DNA from: Phycisphaerales bacterium
GTDB taxonomy: Bacteria > Planctomycetota > Phycisphaerae > Phycisphaerales > UBA1924
Assembly (NCBI GenBank): GCA_047620485.1
Contig: JBLHKT010000027.1
Span: forward strand, 1-58,239
Length of the DNA: 58,239 bases
Direction: 5' to 3'
In this document: in pieces, positions 32,015-41,227 of the stretch
Position numbering within the stretch: position 1 is the stretch's first letter
How the letters are laid out: every line of letters starts with the position of its first letter
Notes under the pieces: generated by a model
Told to the model about the DNA's origin: nothing
The model's database searches: none
Seen by the model: only the letters and a program-made list of their open reading frames with translations
Made by a program: the position numbers and the translations under genes

Positions 32015-34845
32015 TATGCAACTCCGATCGCGATAAAGCCAGACCAAAGTCCGGGGTGAGTGCCATTCTTGATTGCTTGACGCTGGGCCCGGTGAAGGCC
32101 CGAGAATAATCTGGCGGCGGGGGTGCCCGTTTTTGGGGCCTCGGCGTACATCCGGCTCATCAGCTCCCGGGCGGTCGCGTCGTGTGAGGCCCAGAGGCAC
32201 GAGACCAGTCCGCTGGCCCCGGCGGCGAGGAAAGCACGAACAAACCCGTACACCTCCTCGCCTGAATCGACACGGGCACGCCCGGTCTCGCAACCCGAGA
32301 GCGTGACCGCGGCCCCGTCCAGGTCGAGTGAGAAGATCTCACGGGCTGTCAGCCACCGGTCGTGCAGCTTGATCGCCGCGGCGAGTGGGTTGCCCGGCGG
32401 GAAGATCCCGTGAGCCGCCAGATGGATGAAGTCGGCCCCCGCGAGCTGGCCGAGCACACCATCGGCCGTCGCGTCCGCACCCGTCAGCAGGCAGGGGTCG
32501 GGCAGCACGTGCGCCACGGCGCGGGCCTCTGCGTCGATATGCGGGGCGAATCGGTCGGCCACACCAACGACGAGCGATCGACCCGTCGTGCGGTTCTCGG
32601 GTCGTGTGATCGCGCTGAGCAGGCTGGCGCTGGGGAGGTTGGTCACACTCATCCGCTCGATGAGGAACGCGTCGCCGTCGTGCAGTGCGCCGAACGGGAC
32701 GGTGTGCAGGTCCGCCGTCGGCACGCACGTGACACGGGCAATATCACTCAGCAGCGGGAGAACCGGGTGGAGCACGGCGTCGTGCAGCGCGAAGGCCGCA
32801 GAGATCGCGGCCGAGGTACGCTTCGCGGCCCGCGCCGAACTCCCCGAGCCTCGCACGATCGCGCGCCGGAACTGAAACGAGAGGTTTCCGGCCAAGGACT
32901 CGAGCTCGTCGAGCCCGAGCCGAAGATCCACGAAGTGGATCGCCCCCCGCCGAACGACGAAGCATCCCAGCGAATCCCCGCACCGAGCGTACGTGAGCAG
33001 GGCATGATCCGGATCCAGCGAATCGGCGAGCTCGACGCCCGGCTGCGGGGTGGCCAGGACCCCGCGCCCCGCGCGCGACGCGGAAAGCCGAGATTCCAAC
33101 CCCGTCACGCGGCTCTCAACCAGGTGGAGCTCCGAGAGCCAGTCGGTGACTTTGGGGGCTGTGTCAACTTCCGCGGCGGGGTCGATCCGGCTGTACAGAA
33201 AATTGAGCGCGGCACGCTGCTCGGCCAGCTGCATGAGCAGGCGGGACTCGTCCTCGGACCGCGCCGCCCGCGCGATTTGATCGGCCAACTCAACGTCCCC
33301 GCTGATCAGGTCGAGCAGCGCCCGTGAGCGCCCACGCTCGGTGACATCAAACGCCTCGGTTTGCGCGTCCGGCCCACCGGCCTGGAGGATCACGGCGGTA
33401 GCCTCTGAGAACACCTCGTGCCGCTCATCGATGAAGGCCGCTCGGAGCCGATCACCCTGCAGTGCCCCACGGATACGGTCGAGATGGTGCATCGCATGTC
33501 GGTACTGCTCAACCGCCTCAGCGACCGAGCCCCGGGCGCAAAGAACCCGCGCCATCCGGTGGTGCAGGTCCGCGAGCACCGAGGGCAGCGCGAGCGTGCC
33601 CGCGTCTTCGATCGCACGGGCGATGAGGTCGTGAGCCGCCTCAAGGTTTTCGTTCGCCAGCTCGATATCGCCGCGCAGCATGATCCGGAACAGCCGCAGC
33701 GTCGGGGGCTCTACCGTGCCTGCCGGTGGGTCTGCCGCAAAGGCCAGGGCCTGAGCCGTGTCGCCGGCGAGCAGGGCGAGACGACCTCTCAGGAGGCGCG
33801 CGGTGGTCTGGCCCGCGGCGTTGCCGAGGGTGTCATAGAGCTGTTGCGCCCCTGTGAGCGCGTCGCCGGCTCGGGCGGGGTCCCGCTTGAGCAGCACCGA
33901 GGCCAGCCCGGTGAGCGCTCTGGCGCGTTCGGCGGTGAGCCCAACCTCTTGGAGCGCCGAGTCTGACCGGGCGTAGAGCTCCGCCGCATCGTCAAGCAGG
34001 CCGATCGCGGCGAGCACGTCGGCGAGCTCGGCCTCAAGACGTGCCAGGTCACCCGGTGCACGGTCCTGCTCGAAGAACCGCCGTGCCAGCTCGAACTGCT
34101 CGATGGCCTCGGAGAACCGCCCCTGGCGCCCGAGCAGGTCTGCCAGGTTTCCACGCACGATCGCCGCAACGCGCGGCATCCCCGCCTCGTCAAGCAGCTC
34201 GCAAGATTCTCGAAAAGCAGACTCGGCCTGTCTGAACCGACCCAGCTCCAGCAACGACTCGGCCCGGTTGGACTGGATCTGTGCCGTAGTCGTCGGGTCG
34301 CCCTTCGCCAGCCGCAGCGCCTGATCGAACCGATCGATCGACTCGGACCATTGCCCCAGCATCCGGTGCAGGATCGCGTGGTTCGTCACCGCACGCACCG
34401 CGAGCTCGGGCTGTTCAGACTCACGGAAGACCCTCTCGGCGTGCTCGCAGCACCCGATCGCGTCGGCGAAACGCCCGAGGCGTGCATAGGACTGGATCTT
34501 GGTCAGCGAGACGTGCGCACGCTCGATCTCATCCTCACGCGCCGCGGCGATCTGGTCCGCTTCGTCGAGGGCGTGGATCGCGTCCGTAAAGCGGTTGGCG
34601 TAGTTGAGCGCGTGCGCCAGGGCGGTCCGTGCCCGCGCGCTGGCGATCGAGGCCTCGAGGCGGTCCGCGATCAGGCAAAGGATCTCGGCCTGCTCGAGCG
34701 CTCGCGTCAGATCACTCATCACCAGGTCACGCACCTCATCGATCAGCTCGAGCAGCACGCTTTCTGGGAACGACAGGCGCGCGACCTCACGGGCGCGGTC
34801 CGCGTCCGGCATCGAGGCAATCCGTTCGAGTTGCGATCTGTACAC
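32014..34845 (-). CDS. TPR-repeat protein with C-terminal CHAT (caspase-like) protease domain (943 aa)
   Basis: Multiple TPR-like helical repeats, then a CHAT domain with the His/Cys dyad (FIHLAAHG ... VTLSGCETG). Confidence 0.8.
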   Translation of the reverse strand: MYRSQLERIASMPDADRAREVARLSFPESVLLELIDEVRDLVMSDLTRALEQAEILCLIADRLEASIASARARTALAHALNYANRFTDAIHALDEADQIAAAREDEIERAHVSLTKIQSYARLGRFADAIGCCEHAERVFRESEQPELAVRAVTNHAILHRMLGQWSESIDRFDQALRLAKGDPTTTAQIQSNRAESLLELGRFRQAESAFRESCELLDEAGMPRVAAIVRGNLADLLGRQGRFSEAIEQFELARRFFEQDRAPGDLARLEAELADVLAAIGLLDDAAELYARSDSALQEVGLTAERARALTGLASVLLKRDPARAGDALTGAQQLYDTLGNAAGQTTARLLRGRLALLAGDTAQALAFAADPPAGTVEPPTLRLFRIMLRGDIELANENLEAAHDLIARAIEDAGTLALPSVLADLHHRMARVLCARGSVAEAVEQYRHAMHHLDRIRGALQGDRLRAAFIDERHEVFSEATAVILQAGGPDAQTEAFDVTERGRSRALLDLISGDVELADQIARAARSEDESRLLMQLAEQRAALNFLYSRIDPAAEVDTAPKVTDWLSELHLVESRVTGLESRLSASRAGRGVLATPQPGVELADSLDPDHALLTYARCGDSLGCFVVRRGAIHFVDLRLGLDELESLAGNLSFQFRRAIVRGSGSSARAAKRTSAAISAAFALHDAVLHPVLPLLSDIARVTCVPTADLHTVPFGALHDGDAFLIERMSVTNLPSASLLSAITRPENRTTGRSLVVGVADRFAPHIDAEARAVAHVLPDPCLLTGADATADGVLGQLAGADFIHLAAHGIFPPGNPLAAAIKLHDRWLTAREIFSLDLDGAAVTLSGCETGRARVDSGEEVYGFVRAFLAAGASGLVSCLWASHDATARELMSRMYAEAPKTGTPAARLFSGLHRAQRQAIKNGTHPGLWSGFIAIGVA

Positions 34846-34859
34846 GAACCCTCCCGTGC

Positions 34860-35483
34860 TCAGGGGACCAGGACCGGGCCCGCTTCGATCAGCAGGTCGC
34901 CACGCCGCAGCTCAAAGAGGAAGGAGCCAGCGGTGAGCTCGGCGGCAAACGCCCCCATCTCGGATTGGATTTCTGCGATAGGGAGGTCGCTGGCACGGTC
35001 CACCACGGTGATCTGCCAAGCCCCCTCAACGTCGGCGTCGATCTGCCCGGTCACCCGCCACTGCCCATCAGAGACCGGGGCAAGCTCCAGATCGATGTCC
35101 GCCTCGTCGGTGCTGAAGGCGAGCTGGGCCGTCGCCCCAGCGCCTCGGATACCGGCGACCGCGGGCGTGAGCCGGGTGTCCAGATCCAGCGAAGCGATCA
35201 CCCGGACCAGCCCCTCGGCCAACCGCTCGATCGCACCCGGGCGACTCTCGGCCAGGGCCCGCTTGGCCCGCTTGATCGCCTCCGTTGCGGGCACCGTGCG
35301 CGGCTCGGCGAGGAGGAATCGCACCGCGAACTCGATCTTCTCGAACGCCAACCCCAGAGCGGGGTCGGCGTTGATCCGGGCCCTGAGCGCCGCGGCTTGG
35401 GGTCCGTCGAGCTCACCCGTCGCCAGGGACGTGAGCAGCTCAAGTTCAGACGGTTCCGGGTTGTTGGGGGTGTCTGTGTTCAT
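34860..35483 (-). CDS. Putative soluble anti-sigma factor (about 207 aa)
   Basis: N-terminus LELLTSLATGELDGPQAAALRARINADPAL resembles the anti-sigma N-terminal domain. It sits between the ECF sigma and the CHAT gene. No TM helix seen. Confidence 0.45.
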   Translation of the reverse strand: MNTDTPNNPEPSELELLTSLATGELDGPQAAALRARINADPALGLAFEKIEFAVRFLLAEPRTVPATEAIKRAKRALAESRPGAIERLAEGLVRVIASLDLDTRLTPAVAGIRGAGATAQLAFSTDEADIDLELAPVSDGQWRVTGQIDADVEGAWQITVVDRASDLPIAEIQSEMGAFAAELTAGSFLFELRRGDLLIEAGPVLVP

Positions 35484-35545
35484 GGGTTGTTCCACGGTTT
35501 ATGAGAGAGCCGGCTCGGCTGAGATACATCAAGGACACAGAATTT

Positions 35546-36121
35546 TTACTCTGACCCACGATCCTCGTCGGCTTGTGCTTGCTCAAACAGCATTCTGAGG
35601 CGATCAAGGCACCTGGCCCGGCTCGGCCCGATGGCCCCCCGCGGCATGTCGAGCTGATCGGCGATCTGGTCGTACGCCGGGCGTTCGTCCGCGAACAGAG
35701 CAATGAGTAGTGACCGGCACCGAGGATCCAGGAGGTTGAGCGACTCGCGAAGGACCTGGCGTTGCTCGGTCAGCTCGAACTCGGCGTGGGTGCCGATCTC
35801 CGCCTCCGCCTCGGCTTCTCTGGAGACCGCGGACGGGGGGCGCTTTCGCAGCGCGTGCCAGGTTTCCCGCTGGGTTGTGGTGATCAGCCACGCCGCGACG
35901 GTCTGCCCGTCACGCAACGCGTTCAGGTGCCGCACCGCGAGCGTCCAGACGTTCTGAAACACGTCCTCGGCTTCTTCCTTGGGCAGCCCGTGCCGAGCCG
36001 GGATGGAGTACACCAGCCTCGAGTAGCGGTCAACGAGGTCCGACCAGGCCCGCGCGTTGCCCTGCAGGCATCGCGAGACGAGTTGGGCATCCGTGATTTC
36101 GTTCGCGGGTTCGCTTGGCAT
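35546..36121 (-). CDS. ECF-type RNA polymerase sigma-70 factor (191 aa)
   Basis: Region 2 (RLVYSIPARHG...EDVFQNVWTL) and region 4 (AYDQIADQLDMPRGAIGPSRARCLDRLR) are present. Start at MPSEPAN. Confidence 0.8.
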   Translation of the reverse strand: MPSEPANEITDAQLVSRCLQGNARAWSDLVDRYSRLVYSIPARHGLPKEEAEDVFQNVWTLAVRHLNALRDGQTVAAWLITTTQRETWHALRKRPPSAVSREAEAEAEIGTHAEFELTEQRQVLRESLNLLDPRCRSLLIALFADERPAYDQIADQLDMPRGAIGPSRARCLDRLRMLFEQAQADEDRGSE

Positions 36122-36379
36122 CGTTAACCGTGGTGTGTGTCCAGTGTCCCTGAGAGGATAGGGATCTCGCGGGTGCCGCTGTTGAATTCGCGCCGCGGAA
36201 GAATCTTTGAGAAGCGTGTATCTGCCCCGCCGACGCGGCCTCCTCTGTGGTGTCGTACCCGAGCCCGGGGGGCCTGGCCCGGTGCGACTCGAAACCCAGA
36301 CCTTGGTGTGACCTGGCACCAACGTCTCAATCTGATGACCCAGGCCGATGCGGGGAAGAACGGAATTGGAGCACAAGTC

Positions 36380-36838
36380 ATGCTGAAGAACATTGCTATT
36401 TTGATGACGGCGACCGCGGCACTAGGCCTCCTGGCCGCGGGCCCCAACGCAAGCATGCCGGAACCCTCCGCCCTGGGCGGCGGCACCGGCGGCGGCAGCG
36501 GCGGGGCATCCACCCGCGTCAAGCTCGAGGTCCGGATGGAATCCGGCAACGATCAGTCCCAGGCTCGGGCCCGGTATGAGATGCGGCAGCGCAACGGTCT
36601 GGTGATTCAAAGGTTTGATGTGTCCGCCGAAGACTTCGAGCCGGGGACCGTGCTCGACGTGAGCGTCAAGGGCCGTTTCGTCGGATCCATCACGATCAAT
36701 AATCTCGGCATCGGCAGCCTCGAGCTCCGCACGGGCTCACGGATCGATGATCCGGGTGACGGCTCACCCATCGGGGACTTCCCGAATCTTCAGGCGGGCG
36801 ATTCCGTCTCGGTCGGCCCGCTGTCGGGCACGTTCTGA
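36380..36838 (+). CDS. Small secreted hypothetical protein (152 aa, signal peptide MLKNIAILMTATAALGLLAAG)
   Basis: Divergent from the ECF sigma gene; Gly-rich linker then a beta-rich domain. No known domain. Confidence 0.45.
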   Translation: MLKNIAILMTATAALGLLAAGPNASMPEPSALGGGTGGGSGGASTRVKLEVRMESGNDQSQARARYEMRQRNGLVIQRFDVSAEDFEPGTVLDVSVKGRFVGSITINNLGIGSLELRTGSRIDDPGDGSPIGDFPNLQAGDSVSVGPLSGTF

Positions 36839-37186
36839 ATTCACTGATCTCAACTCAGCGACCGCACGATTCAAACCGCTCAAGCGTGAGAGACCTCGCT
36901 TGAGCACTTTCATCCTGCCTCACCGGCAGCTCACCGTCCCCCCAGGCAGCCCGTGTCCGCCCCGCGGTGCGGGTTGCTCTTTCTGCTCACGGAATCTCTC
37001 TAAACAGGGCCACGTGGAATCACGCTGGAGGGGCGAGATTAAACTCAACTCGGACGCCCTGCCCGACTCATGGGCGGGGTGTGTTCACGCCACGAGTTGC
37101 TCGGCAAGGCTCGCTGCAGCGCAGCCCACTCCCTGCGCTCAGTCACCGCTTGGGCTGACCGCTCCCCGTACTTCTAGACGTACATG

Positions 37187-37435
37187 TGGCTGCGGGTTAT
37201 CCACCCCGAGCCCAACGGTGGTGTTAACCAGAACTCGGATTCTGAGAGTCTCCCAGAGAGCGCCGTGGGAAGAGCCCTTGATCCGGCGGGGTTCGCCTCG
37301 GGGTGGACTCTGGCGTTCAGATTCTGAGAGCGCCGAATCGTGCCCCACGCGGCCTAGACGGGCCGGGTTCGTAGCGGTCTCAGCAAACAAACAGGCCCGC
37401 GTCCTGATGGACACGGGCCTGGGAACTCCCCGAGC
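37187..37435. repeat. Copy B of the ~250-290 nt repeat module (see 737-1028); overlaps the last 10 nt of tRNA-Asn and contains its terminator
   Basis: See copy A. A single 11-mer unit here versus five in copy A. Confidence 0.8.
37382..37421 (-). terminator. Rho-independent terminator of tRNA-Asn on the minus strand (stem caggcccgtgtcc/ggacgcgggcctg followed by TTTGTTTGCT)
   Basis: Hairpin plus T-run immediately 3' of the tRNA on its strand. Confidence 0.65.
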
Positions 37436-37498
37436 AGGACTCGAACCTGCGACCTAGCGGTTAACAGCCGCTCGCTCTACCAATTGAGCTACCGGGGA
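37426..37498 (-). tRNA. tRNA-Asn (anticodon GTT), 73 nt, CCA not encoded
   Basis: Manually folded. Acceptor stem TCCCCGG/TCGGGGA with a terminal G-U pair, D arm GCTC-AATTGGTA-GAGC, anticodon arm AGCGG-CTGTTAA-CCGCT, T arm GCAGG-TTCGAGT-CCTGC, discriminator G. Confidence 0.9.
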
Positions 37499-37715
37499 TC
37501 TGGAGATCACCCCCGGGCGGGCCCGGGGAGGAAAAGGGTACTCACCAACCCCGTTCGGTCAAGCGGCGGGGTGGCTTGAGGGGAACGAATCTCTCTGAGC
37601 GGTTTCCGAGCTCGCAGGCTCCCTCACGGGCCCGGACCCGGGACTCTCGCGGTTCGGGCCTGCTCAGAGCCCATTGGGCTGGGAACTGGCAGCCCCACGA
37701 GCCGAAAGGGAGAGC

Positions 37716-38765
37716 ATGAGCAACACGATCCAAAGCCGGCCGGGGAGCCCGGGCCTCGCCCGCCTTCGATTCGCAATTCTCGCCCTGGCGGTCACGCTGG
37801 GAGTCGGCTCCGGGTCGGCGTGGGCCCAGTCCACGCGCGGCCTCATCGAGTTGGCCTACCGCTGGACCCAGGGCGAGACCGCTCGGTACAGGGTCACCGA
37901 GAGCATGACCCAGGAGATCGTCGGCGAGCGAAACGCCACGCTGCAATGGGAGCGGGAGTTCACCTACACCGAGCGGGTGATCGAGGCGGACCCCGAGACC
38001 GGGGCTGCGACCATCGAGCGAGTGATCGACCGCGTGGCGATCCAGGTGGAGGGTGAAGGGATCGACGGGGCCCGGTACGACTCGGAGGATCCCAAGACGG
38101 ACGCGGCCAAGGCCAACCCGATGATCGCGACGTTCGCGAACATGAAGGGGCAGACGATCCGGTTCTCCGTAGATGGCGACGGGCACGTGACCGAGGTGAC
38201 CGGGGCGGTGGACCTCTGGAGCGCGGCGTTGGAGGGCTTCGCAGGCACCGCGCTGGCGGGGGCCCTCAAAGGGGCTGCCCCGGAGGGCGAGGCGATGCGG
38301 AAGCAGATCGAGGCCGCGATGAGACTCATCCCGGGGCGGGGCGTGAAGATACGCGAGAGCTGGGAGCAGAGCACGCCTCACGCGACGCCGATCGGGACGC
38401 TGACGAGCCGGATGGAGCACACGATGGCCGGGTTTGAGCGGAGCCAGTGGGGCCGGGTTGCGCGAATCCAGACCACGGGTGTGCTGAGTATGGGTGACCA
38501 GACCGACGAGATCAGCGTGGGAATGAAGGCGTTGATCGCGCTGGCGGGGATCGAGATCGAGCTGGGCGAGAGTTCCATCGCCGGGCAGACACTGTTCGAC
38601 GTCGAGAACGGCAGGCTGGTTCGACAGGAGATGAACATCACGACCGAATGGTTCACTTCCGTGAAGGGCATGGAGGGGGTTGAGGGCCTGGAGGGGTTGG
38701 CTGAGCTTGCGGGTGATGGCGCGCAGAAGATGATGCAGACCAGCGTGCTCGAGCGGATCGACTGA
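37716..38765 (+). CDS. Secreted hypothetical protein (350 aa, signal peptide ...LALAVTLGVGSGSAWAQ)
   Basis: ORF with signal peptide. No domain recognised. Confidence 0.5.
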   Translation: MSNTIQSRPGSPGLARLRFAILALAVTLGVGSGSAWAQSTRGLIELAYRWTQGETARYRVTESMTQEIVGERNATLQWEREFTYTERVIEADPETGAATIERVIDRVAIQVEGEGIDGARYDSEDPKTDAAKANPMIATFANMKGQTIRFSVDGDGHVTEVTGAVDLWSAALEGFAGTALAGALKGAAPEGEAMRKQIEAAMRLIPGRGVKIRESWEQSTPHATPIGTLTSRMEHTMAGFERSQWGRVARIQTTGVLSMGDQTDEISVGMKALIALAGIEIELGESSIAGQTLFDVENGRLVRQEMNITTEWFTSVKGMEGVEGLEGLAELAGDGAQKMMQTSVLERID

Positions 38766-38804
38766 TCCGCCAACGGGGAAGGGGGACCGACGGAAGGCGC
38801 GCGC

Positions 38805-39455
38805 TCAGATCCCGAACTGCATGAACAGGATGAGCAGGATGAACCACTGAAAGCCGCTGACGAGCATGGCGACAGCCCAAGCGTCGTGGCGGTCGATGCC
38901 GAGGATCCGTTGCAGCAGTCCGAGCAGCACGAACCAGTTGATGATCCAGGGGATAACCGGGATCGGGATGAGCAGGTTGACCAGCACGGAGACGCCCGCG
39001 GCGCCGAGGTAGACCCCCGCCAGCTGAACCGCAATCGTGTGCAGCGGCTGATCGAACCCGATCCAGATCAGCGAGCAGAGCAGGTAGATGACCCAGCCCA
39101 CGATCAGGGTGAACGCGCTGTACATGAGGAACAGAATCAGCCCGGCGGGCCCGAGTGCCAGCCCCCATCCGGTCAGGCCGACCACCGCGCCGAAGGCGGC
39201 CCAGAGCACCGGCTTGCGGTAGAGATCTCGCCACAGGTGCATTCGATGCCGGTTGGTGATCCGGTTGAGCACCCCGGTCGTGATGACCTTGCCGCACTCG
39301 GGGCAGTTGTCGAGCCGGGTGCCTCGCAGCTCATACCCGCACTCCGGGCACGGCAGCGGGACCGCCTTGGCGACGGGCATCGCGGACTTCGCGGGCGGCG
39401 GGCCCTTGGGTGTGTCGTCGGGCGCAAAATCATAGATCTCGGAGTCATCGCTCAT
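38805..39455 (-). CDS. Membrane protein with N-terminal cytoplasmic zinc-ribbon (CPECG...CPECG) and 4-5 TM helices (216 aa)
   Basis: Cys-x2-Cys pairs followed by Trp/Leu-rich TM segments. Last gene of the AAA-VWA operon. Confidence 0.55.
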   Translation of the reverse strand: MSDDSEIYDFAPDDTPKGPPPAKSAMPVAKAVPLPCPECGYELRGTRLDNCPECGKVITTGVLNRITNRHRMHLWRDLYRKPVLWAAFGAVVGLTGWGLALGPAGLILFLMYSAFTLIVGWVIYLLCSLIWIGFDQPLHTIAVQLAGVYLGAAGVSVLVNLLIPIPVIPWIINWFVLLGLLQRILGIDRHDAWAVAMLVSGFQWFILLILFMQFGI

Positions 39456-39503
39456 CGGTGAGAGCATACCAACGGATGAGGTCCGGCTCGCGGCCCGCTG
39501 GTG

Positions 39504-41225
39504 TTAGGCGATGATCTTTCGTCGCCCCGAGACGTAATCCCAGAGCACGAAGCGGTCCAGGTCGTCGCCGCTCGTGAAGAGCACCCGCCCCTTGGTCGCC
39601 TCGGCGAGCCGATGAGCGAACGCGATATCGTCCGAGCTCTGCGACCAGCTTGGCACGAGGAAGATGTTGATCGTGATCCCTTCCTTGGCGCAGCGGGTCG
39701 CCTCGCGCATCGTCGCCTGCTCGGTCAGCGGGTGTGGCGGGTAGAGCATGTAGAGCATCTCGCCCTCGTAGTGCGCGGTGGGGAGCCCGTCGGTGATCAG
39801 GAAGATCTGCCGGTTGGGGGTGTCCTGGGCGGTGAGCACCTGGCGGGAGAGCTGCAGCGACCTCTGGATGTTGGTGAAGTGGGGGTGGACCATGGTCTCG
39901 GAGACCTCGGGGTCGGACATGTCCACGCGCAGCTGGATCCACGGGTCGCGGATGGTGACCGGCTTGGGCATGAGGCTCGGGATCTCGCCGATGGTGCGCC
40001 GCTTGGCGAAGGTGTACATCTCGATGAGCGAGAGGTGGTCGCCGGGATACTCGGTTCGGATGAGCCCGTCGAGCGCGAGGGCCATCTTCTTGCAGGCGAG
40101 GTACTGCCCGGCGTGCCGCATCGAGCCGGACATGTCCATGATGACGCTGGTGGCGGCCTTGGGGCTGTTGCGGGTGCGGTGGACGTCGATGTCGTCGCGC
40201 GAGACGCCGAAGGGTTGGCCCGAGCCGGACGAGCGCCGCGCCGCGTTGACGATGGTGTTGGGCAGGTCGAGGTGGGCGGCCGAGTCGCCGAACTCGTAGC
40301 CGCGCGTGCCGGGCAGCTCGACAGCTCCCTCGCCGCTGATCGGGCCGGTGTGCCGCCCGGACCGGCTGGCCTCCAGGTCCGCGAAGATCTCGCTGAGCAG
40401 CTTGGACTGGAACAGCCGCATGGTCTTGGGGGTCGGCCGCAGCCCCTCCGGCGTGGACTCGAGCCCCTGAAGCTCGGCCTGCTCGCGGAGGTACTCCTCG
40501 ATCCGCTCGCCGAGGTCCTTGAGCTGCTCGATGTCCGCGTCCTCAACGAACCGCTTGAGCGCGTCCGTGTCGATCTTGGCGACCTTCGCGTTCTTGAGCG
40601 CCTCACGCAGCTGCTCGAGCAGTCGGTCGATGGTCTCGAGCTCCTCGGCGATCTGCAGCGCCTCGGGGACGCTGAGCGGCTCGCGGCCGGTAAACGGGTA
40701 CCGGGCGTTCAGGTCTTCGATCTCGTACTTGGAGCCGAGTGTGTCGATGAGGTAGAGCAGGTCGCGGGCCATGGGGCCGTCCTCACGCTCGGCCTTGTAC
40801 CAGAGCCGCTCGAGCTCGGGGATCGATTCCTCGCGGACCGCCCGGTCGAGTTGGTCGCGGAGCTTCTTGCTCGGGGCGCTGGTCTCCCGAGCGGCCTGCT
40901 CGAAGTCGCGGGCGGCACTCTTGGCCGCGGGCTTCGGGTCGTAGGTCTCAAGAATCTTCCGCTTGCGCTCCTCAAGCATCGCGATCAGCGCGTGCAGCGA
41001 CGGCCCGAGCCCCGCGATCTGCGAGGGATCGATCTCGATCGCGTTGGCGAGCTCCTCAGCCGTGAACGGCCGCTCGTTGCCGTACATCATGAGGTGGTCC
41101 ATCGCGGCCGAGGCGATGTCGGGCGGGGGCGCGGTGGGCGAGGGAAAGCGTTTGGGGTTGTAGCCCTGGTAGGAGTGGACGAGGCCGCCGAGGGGGCCAC
41201 CTGGATTGGTATTCCGCTTGAACAT
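39504..41225 (-). CDS. von Willebrand factor type A (VWA) domain protein, ChlD/BchD-like partner of the upstream AAA+ ATPase (573 aa)
   Basis: C-terminal VWA with MIDAS DMSGSM (VIMDMSGSMRHAG) and a long acidic coiled N-terminal region. Start 2 nt after the ATPase stop. Confidence 0.7.
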   Translation of the reverse strand: MFKRNTNPGGPLGGLVHSYQGYNPKRFPSPTAPPPDIASAAMDHLMMYGNERPFTAEELANAIEIDPSQIAGLGPSLHALIAMLEERKRKILETYDPKPAAKSAARDFEQAARETSAPSKKLRDQLDRAVREESIPELERLWYKAEREDGPMARDLLYLIDTLGSKYEIEDLNARYPFTGREPLSVPEALQIAEELETIDRLLEQLREALKNAKVAKIDTDALKRFVEDADIEQLKDLGERIEEYLREQAELQGLESTPEGLRPTPKTMRLFQSKLLSEIFADLEASRSGRHTGPISGEGAVELPGTRGYEFGDSAAHLDLPNTIVNAARRSSGSGQPFGVSRDDIDVHRTRNSPKAATSVIMDMSGSMRHAGQYLACKKMALALDGLIRTEYPGDHLSLIEMYTFAKRRTIGEIPSLMPKPVTIRDPWIQLRVDMSDPEVSETMVHPHFTNIQRSLQLSRQVLTAQDTPNRQIFLITDGLPTAHYEGEMLYMLYPPHPLTEQATMREATRCAKEGITINIFLVPSWSQSSDDIAFAHRLAEATKGRVLFTSGDDLDRFVLWDYVSGRRKIIA

Positions 41226-41227
41226 AT

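Noticed and set aside
1029-37425. Whole 36-kb interval as a single recently acquired genomic island
   Set aside because: It contains core-type genes (glnA, glnK, amtB, two-component system). The bounding repeats are only about 85-90% identical outside the last 51 nt. Kept only as a hypothesis (ancient att or repeat module), not called as a mobile element.
38378-39297. Minus-strand ORFs 38378-39034 and 38653-39297 overlapping the secreted-protein gene and the zinc-ribbon membrane protein gene
   Set aside because: Low-complexity Ser/Cys/Arg-rich translations out of frame with convincing genes.
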